Positions 48,228 through 59,700 of a stretch of DNA of 64,000 nt are shown piece by piece. The position numbers and the translations under genes are program-made. Position 1 is the first letter of the stretch. Each line of letters opens with the position of its first letter. The notes under the pieces were generated by a model. It did not search any database and was not told the DNA's origin. It saw only the letters and a program-made list of their open reading frames with translations. This DNA is from Selaginella moellendorffii. Its lineage: Eukaryota; Plantae; Lycopodiophyta. The stretch is from assembly GCF_000143415.4 (NCBI RefSeq), contig NW_003314284.1, forward strand, positions 1,470,693-1,534,692, given 5' to 3'.

Positions 48228-49287
48228 CTAGCCTTTAAACTGATCCTTGGCGGCTCTCAACGACGCCAGCAGCTCAACCGGATCGCTCTCTCCCATATGG
48301 ACTTGGAACTCCTTCACGTTAACACGCATGAAGGGATTGGTCTGGAGCTCCTCTCGGATGGTGGAAGGGACCGTAGGCTTGTCATTCCGACGCTGCTCTT
48401 CCGTCCAGGCAACCTTCTGCTTAAGAGCATCATTGTGGGGATCGACAGACATGGCGAACTTCAAGTTCTTGGCGGTATACTGCAAGGGTGGATTCTAAAC
48501 GCTGAGAGACGGAAAGTATACAAGAAGTGGAAGACAGACCTCGTGTCCGCAGAAGACTCGAGTAGCCGGAGGCAACTCGGCTAGAACTTCGGACAGAGAG
48601 TGGTACATATCCTGGGCTTTGCCTTCGAAGAACTTGCCACAGCCGGCGACGAACTGCGCAGCGCAAGATTTTAAGACCACAGACAAGGACAAGTAAGAAA
48701 GGAAGTACCAGAGTGTCACCGGTGAAGACGGCAGGATCTCCAGACTTGTGGGTGACAAAGTAGCTGATATGGCCCTTGGTATGGCTACGAATGCCAAGAG
48801 CAGCTCTCAAGAACTAGCATCACAGACGAGAAGAAAAGAGAGGACACTTTACCATGGAGTGTGGAGGGCCTTGATCTTTACATCCTTGGACAGCTCAAGC
48901 TCCGCTCCGTGCTCCAGAGGATCCGTGCAGCCTTCCACATTATCCTTGGCACCACCGAAGACTTTGATCCCTGGGACGAGCTTCTTGATCTCGTTGTTAC
49001 CTCCAGCGTGGTCCCTGGTAGAAAAGCTTTCTTGCGGAGGAAAGAATGGAAAGCTAGCTCTACCAGTGCTTGTGGGTGGTGAGAACCATGGTCACTTGGG
49101 CTCCATGCTTCTTGGCTGCCGATAAAACGCTCTCGGGTTTCACGGGATCAACCGCCGCTGCCTGCTTGCTCGCTCCATCGATTATCCTGATCAATCAATC
49201 CAGGGAACTTTCGTCAAAGCACTCACTCTCGAGAGCTTACAGATAAGCGTAATTGTCGTCCAAACAAGGCACCGGTATCACCTCCAT
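48228..49287 (-). CDS. GLX2: Glyoxalase II (hydroxyacylglutathione hydrolase), cytosolic type; multi-exon
   Basis: [67 protein letters not shown]. Confidence 0.94.
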
Positions 49288-49421
49288 TCTTCCTTCGTTT
49301 GTTCCCAAAGAGGGGTTTTCTCCTTCTCTTGAACGAGTCACGCTAATACAAATGGCACTGCCAGAACATGTCATCTCTTTTCTTAACAACAAAAAAGTCT
49401 TTTACGCGTCACAACTATCTT

Positions 49422-51376
49422 TCACTCTAGTGCGACACGCTCCAGGTCCCCAACCAATTCGTCGAACTGCGAAACCATGGTGTTAAAAGAGAAAGAGCTA
49501 AATTCTTGAGAGCATTACCTTGAGAATGTGGCGGACAAAGATCTCGCTAAAACGCTTGGTAACTTTCGGCTCTGCTATGTGTACAACATCCTGGACGAAA
49601 GAAAAGCAAGAGATTTGAGCTCCCTGATGAGTGAGAATCAAGCAAGCAAGCAAATCCCAACCTCGTCAATGTAGAACTCGACGTCCGCGGTAGATGCTAC
49701 GCTGCCATCGTCGTCAATGTAGTGAGTCTTGTGCTTGTAAGTCATCAAAGCCATCCTGCCAAGTTTTTAAGTGCTGAGAACGCAAGAAGATAAACGAAAT
49801 ACAAGCTACCTCAGCGTGGCTTCGTCTACCTCCACAAGCGAGGCTAGCTTTGCAATAGATATCGTGGTGTAAAGCTTCACGTAGTTTCTGATCTTGTTCA
49901 GGAGCTGCTGCTGTCGGACTTCAGATAGAAAGAGCTTCAGCTGCAGCCTGTATGCTTCCTGTGGATTCCAGGTGCCCGCTTAGAACTGAAAAGATACGAA
50001 AAAAGGACACACTTACCTGGCTGTAGTTTCCAGAGGTGTCACTCAAGTCAGGTAGCGATGGAGAGATAAACTTCGGGCAAGCGTACGAGAAACACTCGTC
50101 GAAAGCGGCCTCGTCGTTCTTGTGCATCTTGGATAACTTCTCCCCACGCTTCTCCTTAAGCTGGTGAGTCACGGTCTCATTCCTCTGAGAATCGCTCCTC
50201 GCATTCTCGGACTCTACGAGGTGCCACTGGGGGCAGAACCACAGGCAGATCGCAAGCAACGCGTACATCTGCTCGTTCTTCTTGAGGATCCATTCAAACT
50301 GCGACGACTTCTGGTGGTACTGCCTCGTCTTGGAGATGTACACAAGCACCTGGTTAAAAGTCTTGATAGCATCGATGTACCTTGGTAGCAAAAGAAAGGT
50401 TTTATCAGCGAGGAGAGCTCACGCTCGAAAAACTCACCTCAGCATCATCATGTTCGAAAACCCGTAGTAGTACGCCGCGGTAATGTGGCAGCCGATCACA
50501 GAGCTGTATACTCCGTGCTGCGTGAGATCAATATGAGCGAGGCGCTTGAGAGCCGTGTGGTAATCCCCAAGCAAGCAGTGCACCCGCGCAAGCCCAATGA
50601 TACTAAAGTATCCCAAGACCTTGAGGACGTTGCTGCCACCCTCGTAGTCATATCCATCGTTGGCACTGAAGGCCGTCACCGCCCCGTCCTTCTCCTCCTC
50701 CAGGACTTGCAGAATCTCCGACTTGTCAATCAGAGCCTGGAGGAAATTCGCCACACCATAGACATTCCACACCTGCGAGAACAAAACCGAGAAGGAAGAA
50801 ATCAGTGACAGAGTGAGGAAAGCTTCTTTGCTTCCAGACCTGCTCGTCGTACTGCTTGAGCCAGCTTAGCTCCTGCTCGGTCTTGTTCTTGAGCTTGGTC
50901 CGGTACTGGCAAAACGCCTGGAACTGATAGATGAACTCGTCCACCATGTCCCAGAGCCACTGGTTGGGCAGCTGCATATTCACGTTTCCATGGAGGATGA
51001 CCGTGAAGAGGTTGCAGTAATTGTCCCAGGATTCCAGCCTCTCCTGGAAGGTGACATTGAGCTTGGCGTAGACGTGCCTGTAGTACATCTCCTTGTAGAG
51101 GAGGCAAAAGACGTGATCGTTGTCGACGTAGGGCGCCACGAGCTCCGCCGAGGGCCAGTGCGACTTGGAGAAGAAGCGCTCGCTCAGCTTGCTAAAGCTG
51201 CTCTCATACATTTGGTGTACCTCGTAGACATTCTTCTCGCGGATGCTGCGGTAGAGGTACCCGACGAAGGACTTGACATAGTCGGGGACGTAATCGGGCG
51301 GGTGCGCGTCGTCTGGCCGCTCGTCGTAAGAGTCCTCGTAGCCGCCATAGCCATCGCGCTCGTACCCAGCCGCCAT
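49422..51376 (-). CDS. eIF3L: Eukaryotic translation initiation factor 3 subunit L; multi-exon
   Basis: FCLLYKEMYYRHVYA, LPNQWLWDMVDEFIYQFQAFCQYR, LGYFSIIGLARVHCLLGDY, FSYACPKFI. Confidence 0.95.
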
Positions 51377-51599
51377 TGCCCGCCCGCCCACCTTGCCCTG
51401 TGCCCTATCCACGCCTAGGGTTTACAGATTTACATTAAATGATAAATACGTTAGTATAGGAAGGATGCTTGAAAATTGACCAACCCTGTCTTGGAGTGTC
51501 TCAAACTACCTCCCTGATTGTATAGTAGAATACCCCACAAATGCATACCCTAGTGTTCGTTCCCACTTCCGTAGAGAGAGGAAGCTCATAAACTGGTTT

Positions 51600-53790
51600 A
51601 CCGATCTGATGTGAGATCAATGCTCACTATGAATTGAACAGCTATGATGATCAGCTTCCCATTTCGTCATCACTCCATCAGCATCTGAAAAGTTTATGTT
51701 TCCAAGGTTGAAAGTAAGTTGGAAGGAAGCCTTTATTGTTCTGGATGACGCTTGCCAGCACATTTTTCTCAAGTCCAGGTACTCATCCGCTCAACTTTTC
51801 CAATCCTACTACACTTCGGCTGTATAAATTCTCTTGACAAAGCTTGAGCAATATCTTATACCTCCTTCAGCGTCTAAGAAAGCCGTGTCCAACTTCGTCA
51901 GTCTTGCATTCCCCGTTGAGCTATCCAGCCAGCTCATCATACTGGGCAAACTTCCTAACCACTTCATCCCAGCTATTGTCCTTCGCAAGAATGTCGTGAA
52001 AGTTTAAAGGGGGAGCGCATAAAAGCCTCCTTTTCTACTTCCTGTGACAACTGCTCACAACAGGTACAAAGCGCCTCAAGAAACAATGGTACATATCTGT
52101 CAACTCAGATAGTTGCTTGTCAGACTTCTATGCATTGCTGTATAGATTGAGTTACTTGCGTTGCTGTATAGATGTGTATGGAACGTTTGGAGGTGCTGTA
52201 TGCCCTGTATTTCGGCGAGTTTGCTCTCATGAAATTCCCCATTCTGTTGATCGTCCTTGTAAACAATTGCTAATGGGGAAATAAAGTGAAACCTAAAAAA
52301 CCCTAATGCGGGGGCGGGAAAATTGGCCATATGGCCAACACGGTACACGTAGCAGATATTGCCACATCATCGATAGTCTAATTCTTGTGGGGAGGAATCT
52401 CCGCCCCATGGGATGGACGCCGCTGCGCGTGCGAGTCCTTGATGGGCTGCCGCGTGATGCCCGATCAAGTGGCGTCGGCCCTTGATTATGGAGCCATAAC
52501 CTTGACAAAAAACCAAGAACATCTATATGATCATAGACAAAAGAGAGAACTTGAAGAAGAACATCCCTGTGGACCAAGTTGTTCTGGCGAGGCGCTGCTA
52601 AAGGGTTTGGATCGAGCATCTGGCCAGCGTCTGGCGAGCCGGGAACGCATGGGAATTGATGTCCGAATGGAAAGTGGCTATAGCTTTGTCTCACACTGGA
52701 AGGTTCTGCGCCGGCTGTGGACACCTGAAGACGCTCGCGCTGTTTCGTGATCCATCGCGATGAAACTACGTGCTCGACAACCTCAGTGGCTACTTACAAG
52801 ATGATGGCTGTGTGAGCATGATTGACGCAAAGAGTTTCACGTACGGGGCCCGAGTATTGAGATGGAGTCCTTACGTGCCGGAGATGAGCCAGTGTAAAGG
52901 TGACGTTTTGCCATTTTAGCGCTTCCACCATCCCGGTCCCTCTTGAAGGTGTCTCCTATAAAGTCACAAGTAACGATCTTATCGTTGAAGTGACGCTCTT
53001 CGTAAGCAGCAGTTTCTTGCACGTCTCCCTCATGAAACGAGTCATAGCCTTGCTCATTCACGCCCAGGATCCTTTTGTCGAGGCTGTTCTTGAGAGGCTG
53101 CCGGCGACCAAGATACGATGTGCAAAGGAACTTTCACCAGTATCATGTCTAGAGTCCGGGTTCGTTGAGATCCACTCCCTCGTTGTCCAGGAAGTAGAAC
53201 AATGGAAGAAGCCCTTTCTGGAGAATCTGCCTCCTCCCTGGAAGCCACGAGTAGTGTGCGCATCTATCTAGAACTTTGCAAGCGCACCTCCACGGCCAGG
53301 CGGAGCTCAGCTGGCTAACCACATTTATCACCAAGCTACCTTGAGAGCTGCGTACTTCCAGCGGAATGTAAATGGACGTAATGCGTCGGAGTCGTGCAGC
53401 TGCTTGTTAAATTTGTGTTGCAAAGCCCATAGCTGCTGGAGGCTGTAGTCCTCAAAGGCTTTGGGTGGCATGCCCGTCTAGATACATTCCAGGAAGCATC
53501 AACAGTCATACGCCACGCTCCTGGCTTCCATCCGGTGCTTCTCGTTAAACTTACTCATAAAACTGGCGGTTTTCTTTTTTTACTTGTTGGGTATGAATTA
53601 CTGGTACGCATCTTACGCGACTCGGAGAGGCATCATCAAATCTGTCGAGTTTTTGTGGCACGCCAACTGGGACCATCACCCTCGACCACAGCACGTCTGC
53701 AAAGTCATGTGACGGCTCTCCGCTCCCCAGCTCCTTCTTCGACATCGTCACCTCCTCCGCGGGCCTGGTGCTCATCTGCAGCCGTCGTGC
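51600..53790. pseudogene. Coding-like but stop-interrupted fragments of unidentified genes
   Basis: Gene-like composition, only short broken ORFs on both strands, no family recognised. Confidence 0.3.
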
Positions 53791-53792
53791 CC

Positions 53793-53960
53793 TAAATTTA
53801 ATCAATAAATAAAAGGAGTGATCAGTTTGAAGGTCCCTCCTCTTCCAGGGTTTCGATCCTGGGATTCGGCTCTATAGGACTATCCCATCTCCCTGGGCTT
53901 ACCACTACCCCTAGGGTTGATCACTTGAAACATATTGTTTTTTGATTCACTATGAAGTGT
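53793..53960 (-). repeat. Short interspersed element with tRNA-like core, copy B (full length)
   Basis: Minus strand reads AGTGATCAACCCTAGGGGTAGTGGTAAGCCC...TCCCAGGATCGAAACCCTGG...CTGATCACTCCTTTT; flanks unrelated to those of A and C. Confidence 0.8.
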
Positions 53961-54179
53961 AGGCACGCCACGTGGCTTTGCCGCGTGGAAAGCACAGTCA
54001 GCCAAATGATAGTTTTACTAGGGCTTGGAGTCTCGGCGCCACGGGCAAGGAGCTCGGAGGAAAATGCTGGCCCATTTTGTCCAATGTGTGCCGCTCCTTC
54101 GGTGATATCAGCCATGAATCTCCATCCACTTCCAAGGAGAAATCCCCTCCCTGGACTCTAGTAAGTTCCCGTTTGCTAC

Positions 54180-55030
54180 CATGGAGGGATCTTACGTTCC
54201 ATTCAGGTTCTTCGCTTCAAAGCCATCAGTGTTACGATGGATCACACCGAAGTTGCTCCTGGCTATGATACCATTGGCAAGAAGCTACTTGGATGCCTTC
54301 TAGGAGTTTGCATTAAGCTGGCTCGCAGCAAGATCAAGGTTCTCAAGGACGTGAGTGGCTATGTGATGCCGGGTTCCATGACTCTCGTTCTCAGTTCGCC
54401 AGGTTCGTGACCTTGATTTTCATTGTTTGTGACCTTTTCCTTCTAAACAGGCAGTGGGAAGAGCACTCTCCTCAAGGTAGCATGGTGATTGTTTGGAGAT
54501 ATGATGCTTTGTTTCGTATGCTACATTGGCTGTTAATTCTACAGACAGTGGTGATAACAGGTGATGTGAGGAAAGCTACGTCCCAACAGACGACTCAGTC
54601 TGGAGGGTGTTGTGCTTTACAATAACGACCCTTTGTCGTCCAGACTTGCTATAAAGTGGCCGATCACTTATGTGACTCAGCACGAACAACGTGTAAGTAC
54701 GTGTTGATGTTTCTCAGCTGGCCTACACTTGCAGGCATTTGTTGTTTTTCACAGTCCGAGAAACTATCGAGTTTGTTCTCTATGGCAGCGTTGTATGCCA
54801 CAGTCCGATGCCGCGACTCTTACGAGGACTACATCCTATACATGTTTGGTCTCATAAAGATCGGGTTGGCACTCTTGCTGATGGCATCAAGGATGGCGAC
54901 CGAAACAGACTGGCAACGAGATTGCTATGGGTTCATATCGCTGGTTCAGATTTCACCTGAATTCTTTGATCTTTTCGACCGTGTTATCCTTCTCAGAGAG
55001 CGGTCAAGGCCCACATCAATGACTTCTTGA
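54180..55030 (+). pseudogene. Degenerate fragments of a PDR-type ABCG transporter NBD1
   Basis: KIKVLKDVSGYVMPGSMTLVL; spliced GSGKSTLLK (Walker A); EDYILYMFGL; ISLVQISPEFFDLFDRVILL; large deletions and stops. Confidence 0.75.
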
Positions 55031-55530
55031 AGCTTGGAACATGGTTTTTAACACTTTGTTCCTTTTTTACTTTTGTCTGGCAAGCCTGCTCACGTAGACG
55101 CCGGAACGTTTCACAGGATATTGCAGCTGGCGAGGGTGGACAGTATCGTAGAGCTTAATAAGTTTTATAAAGCACCATGAAATTTCTTTGTTTTTGTTTG
55201 TGCAGCCCATTGTACCTTGTCCATACTGGCATATTATATTTTGTCTAAAGAACCACCATTCAGTAAGTTGTTACGCTACTCGCAAGCTTTTTCACTTTTG
55301 AAATCGCTGTCCTGGTTTTTAATATGTTATTCGCAGATGCAGATGAACTTTGAGATAAAGAGTGGCTCACATTCTCACCTATGGATAGAATCAAAGCGAG
55401 AGACAATGAACCAAGAAAATTTAAGAACAGGAAGAGCCCATGCTAGTCTAGCCAGAGAGCCAAAGGAAACTAGGAAGCTTTAGTCGCTGAGGATATTTGG
55501 TTCATTAACAAAAAGAAACAGAGTTCGAAT

Positions 55531-55699
55531 ATTCAATCAAAAAATGAAAAGGAGTGATCAGTTTGAAGAGGGTCCCTCCTCTTCCAGGGTCTCGATCCTG
55601 GGATTCGGCTCTATAGGACTATCCCATCTCCCCGGGCTTAACCACTACCCCTAGGGTTGACCACTTGCAACATATTGTTTTTTGATTCATTATGAAGTG
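55531..55699 (-). repeat. Short interspersed element with tRNA-like core, copy C
   Basis: Same sequence as copy B with a few substitutions; the flank continues as a copy of 12036-12415. Confidence 0.8.
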
Positions 55700-56726
55700 G
55701 TGATGCATTTCCACCGTTGGAAAATTGGGCGGTTGCGATGCCAACCGTGACATCTTCAACCGCCCAAAATCTCGCTGCAAGCTAGCAGCAATCGCAAGCT
55801 AACTCCCCGTTATGAGTGAGTTTCCCGGACAGGCACGCGTGACTGGCGACCAGATACCCAGATTTGTTCGTGAAAGCGGCTGCTTCAACCGATCCTTCTC
55901 GTGGGCAGCGAGATCATCGACAGAGCTCTCGATCCATCGCAATTCCTGGGGAGAGCCGCGGATCTGGATTTGGATTCGCTGAGGTCTTGCAGGAACGCAG
56001 CATTTCTCCAGAATGGGTATCAACGATGGGCATGGCAAGAGCGAGTACTCGGTGTGGAGCTTTACTCGCTGCGTGTGTGTTTGAAGCGATGAAGGAAGAG
56101 CGCTGGGATGGACGGCGCTCTTGCCGCGGACCTTGCCTCCGTGCTGCCGCGCGTCCACATCGTCTCCAGGCGCACCGTCCGCAAGAACAAATTCGCGGAT
56201 TTCGTTGGTAACTGATTGAGAATGGATCGAAATCTCTTCCTCTCCCAGCCGATTCTTGATTTCCTTTTCAATCATTGTCATTGAAATGTCACTCCCGATT
56301 CCATCCTCTAAATCTCCTGTTTTCTTTGTTTTCCTGTTTCCTGATCGATCAAAAAAATCCCTGAAAAGTTTTTCGGGCTTTCTTGTGACTCCTCCACAGA
56401 AAGCATGGCTAGCTAGCTAACAGTTCTTTCTCTTTTTCTCTCAGGAGAATACTATCTAGATTTGATCGTCAGCTATGGGGCGGTTCCAGTCATTGTTCCA
56501 CGAGTTTCCGGGTTAAACTCGCTCCTCGACAGCTTCGAGCCAATCCACGGGGTGCTACTGTGCGAGGGTGAGGATATCGATCCCTGGATGAGATCAAGCA
56601 AACGCACACCAGTGACATTCTCATCGACCGGAACAAGGATTTGATATAGCTCCAGCTTGCTCGCTGGTGCCTCGAGAGAAACATTCCATATCTTGGGATT
56701 TGCCACGGTTCCCAGGTACTCAACGT
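55531..56726 (+). pseudogene. Inverted, rearranged duplicate of ~12563-12036 joined to ~14463-13737 (5' glutamine amidotransferase fragment with frameshift)
   Basis: Direct reverse-complement similarity including intron sequence; [40 protein letters not shown], then a 43-nt deletion. Confidence 0.92.
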
Positions 56727-56729
56727 GCA

Positions 56730-59700
56730 AGAAAAAGCTTTGTTAGCTTCTTTTGGGAAATAAATAAAAAAACTCAAGTTACCTTCTGTGGTTCCATAAG
56801 CTGAGGAGTCCTTGCTGGTACATCCAAGCACAGGAAAAGAGTAGCGATGTGTGTCTAATGTCCAGCAATGGCCCCTGGGAAGATCAGCAAGAAAACTCTT
56901 TAAAGCTAAGAGCATTGTTTTGATAATCACAAACCATGTACGCAGCCACGTCATATGGATGGAGACGAGGCAAAAAAGAGCTGCTGTCAACCCACTGGAA
57001 CAACTACTGCGTTGTCCTTAGTTGCATCCATCTGTGACCACTCTTGCTAGACCACTGGACAGCAGAGTTGGGGTCACCACCACTCTGGCCTGCTATAATA
57101 TGATACCAAGGAAGGAGGATGCCATGTTCTTGTCCACCTGGTGGAGCCTCCACTCGATTTAGCGACCAGACACAATCTCCTGGTCCCAGAAGGTTTTGAG
57201 CAAAGCCAGAAGGTAGTTAAGATTCAAGCCAAGCCCGGGAAGATTGTTGCAAATCTGAAAGCAGTACCTTGTCTTGCAGAACGCATGACAAATCTGGTCA
57301 TGTAGAAAAACTACTTACAGGAGAGAATGCCATGGCAAGTTTCGGACAAAAGCACTGATAAGAAATGAATAGACCTTATATGCCTTGCTGATTGCATCTT
57401 GCAATCCTTGGGATCCTGTTTACTCTAGAAAGGAGGTCAACTTGTTTAGAACTTTAAACCCCTCTTATTTGTGTTGCGAGCAGCAGAACAAGCTTAAGCA
57501 ATGTTTAATTTCCCCGAAATGTTGTGAATGGCCTCTTTCCATTTTCTTGGATGAAATGTAGATAAGGGAGCATGATAAGGAGTGATTGATGATGTATCTT
57601 TGAGTTGGTAGCTATGGAGTTTTTTGCTTTGTTTTGAGTATGTTTGAGAGTGAGAGATGTGCTGCCTGCACATCAAAATGGTGACCACAATGGGATGAGT
57701 TGATTCTTAATTAGCCCATCCCATTTCCATTCATTTTCTTTCTTATTTCTTGAGAGTTGTGAGGAATTAGAGCACAACTCTCATTCTCAGTGGTATAATT
57801 CATGTCTAGGGGTGCCCTGAGATGGGTTTTTCTAAGCATGGGATTCATAGCCATTCTTGCAGATTTATTAGCTTCTCTTAATTTTCTTTGGGTTTTGGGA
57901 TTCACAACTAAAAATTTTGTTCTAGTGGTTTAGTTTCTTCTTTTTTAATTTTTTAATTTTTTTTTTGGCAAATTGAGTAGATAGTCTTGTAGATTTCATC
58001 TTTCTCTATTATTTGGCATCACAAATCTGCAAATTTAGTGCAGGAATTGGGACATGCAAGGAGATTTGAAGGGCTCATACAAGACTATATTATACACTCT
58101 TTACAAGCCATTATTTTCTCAAATCTTTGTAGATCTGCTCCTAAAATTTCCAAAAAGCTCTTTCTTTCTTGATTCAGTTCATTCCCTTAGAAAGATTTAG
58201 TCATTTTTTTAATTATTGAGGAGTTCTTTCTCTTTATCTTGCGGTTTCTAGGAGTGTTTTCCTTGGATTTTTTTCTTTATTCCTAGAAGAAATCTAAAGA
58301 AAGCTTTCTTTTAAGTTTTGTGAATTTTGGTATGGTGTGTTAAGAAAAATCTAGCATCATTTCTCTTTTTGTGTTGTCTGTGAGGAGTTTGGAGCTTTCT
58401 CTCCTCTTTTCTACTTAGATTTTATAAGATTTATTTTGTTTGAGAGTTAAAGCAAGCCAATAGCTCATCAAAGAGTTATATCTCATGATTTTTCATGTTG
58501 TGTGTCGAGACATCTAACAACATTTCTCTTCTTGTGTTGTTTATGAGGAGTTTGGAGCTTTTTCACCTTTGTTCTACTTAGAGTTTTTGAGATTTTTCTT
58601 ATTTAAAAGCTAGGGTAGGTCAAGAGCTTTCTAACAAGTTTTATTTCAAGTTTTTAACAAGTTTTGTTTTTAGCTCTAGTTTTTCAATTTTCACACTCAC
58701 TCTAGGAGATGTTCTAGATGTGCTAGTTGAGGCCAAGGTATACAATTTTCTTTAGTTTGTGGCATGATTTGGAATTTGCCATTGTTAGGCATCTGTGGTT
58801 CTTGTTGTGTGAATGAGGAGTAGCTCTTTAGAGTACATGTCTCAAACTATTCACTTATACCAAGCATGAGGATCACAATAGCTGGAAAGGTGGTAGAGGG
58901 TGTATTATTTGACTCTAGCTTTGGGAGCAGTGTCATCTCCCTTCACTAGCTTGGCTTGGACTTCCATGATAGCAATTATGCTAAAGACCTTTGTAAATCA
59001 TATCTTCTTCTAGCACTCATATTTATGGTGTGATTGGGATTATGAGGTGGCTTTAGCATCTCATAGTGGAGACTGTATCATCTTTAGTCACACTTGGCAT
59101 AAAGTAGTGGATTGTGAGACAAAATGGCATTTAGGTATTATGATAGGTGGCATTATGCAACTCTTCTCAACAAACATGGTTGGCATCTTCAATTTAAGCA
59201 ATCTAAGGCTATAAACACCTTTGAGACACAGCCACTGAAATATAATAATCATATAATAATTCTTTAGTGGTTTACAGACACAAAGTGTTTATATACATGT
59301 CCTCCATCATCTAGTAGAGTTTTAGTAAGAGAGACACAATCATCTCCAACTTATAGCAACAATTTTATGAACATATATAGAAGTGGAAGTAAAGGTTTTC
59401 AGTGGCTAGTTGGTGTTCCACAGCACTACTTATTTCCCCATCCACTTCTCTTGACTGCTAGCAACTTCTTATAGCAAAAATCTTTTAGTCTTTTGCATTT
59501 GTTAGGGGGGGGGGGGGTTGTCTATAGGAATTTTTTAAAGGATAGTGGGTAGATCAAGTATGGCTAACCAGTTTAAAACATTGTTTAGCTCCCCTTAAGC
59601 ATGTTTGTCCTTGTTTTGTGTTTATCTTGGGTTTAAGCGTAAATTTTATAGCATGTTAGCTAGTGGAATACACACTTAATCTTTGCACAAATGGATCCCT

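Noticed and set aside
53793-55699. Copies B and C as the LTR pair of a TRIM/Cassandra-like element
   Set aside because: No TG...CA ends, primer-binding site or polypurine tract seen; the flank of C continues as part of a larger duplication
56730-57400. Specific transposase assignment for a Cys/His-containing broken minus-strand frame
   Set aside because: No recognisable catalytic motif; family cannot be supported without a search
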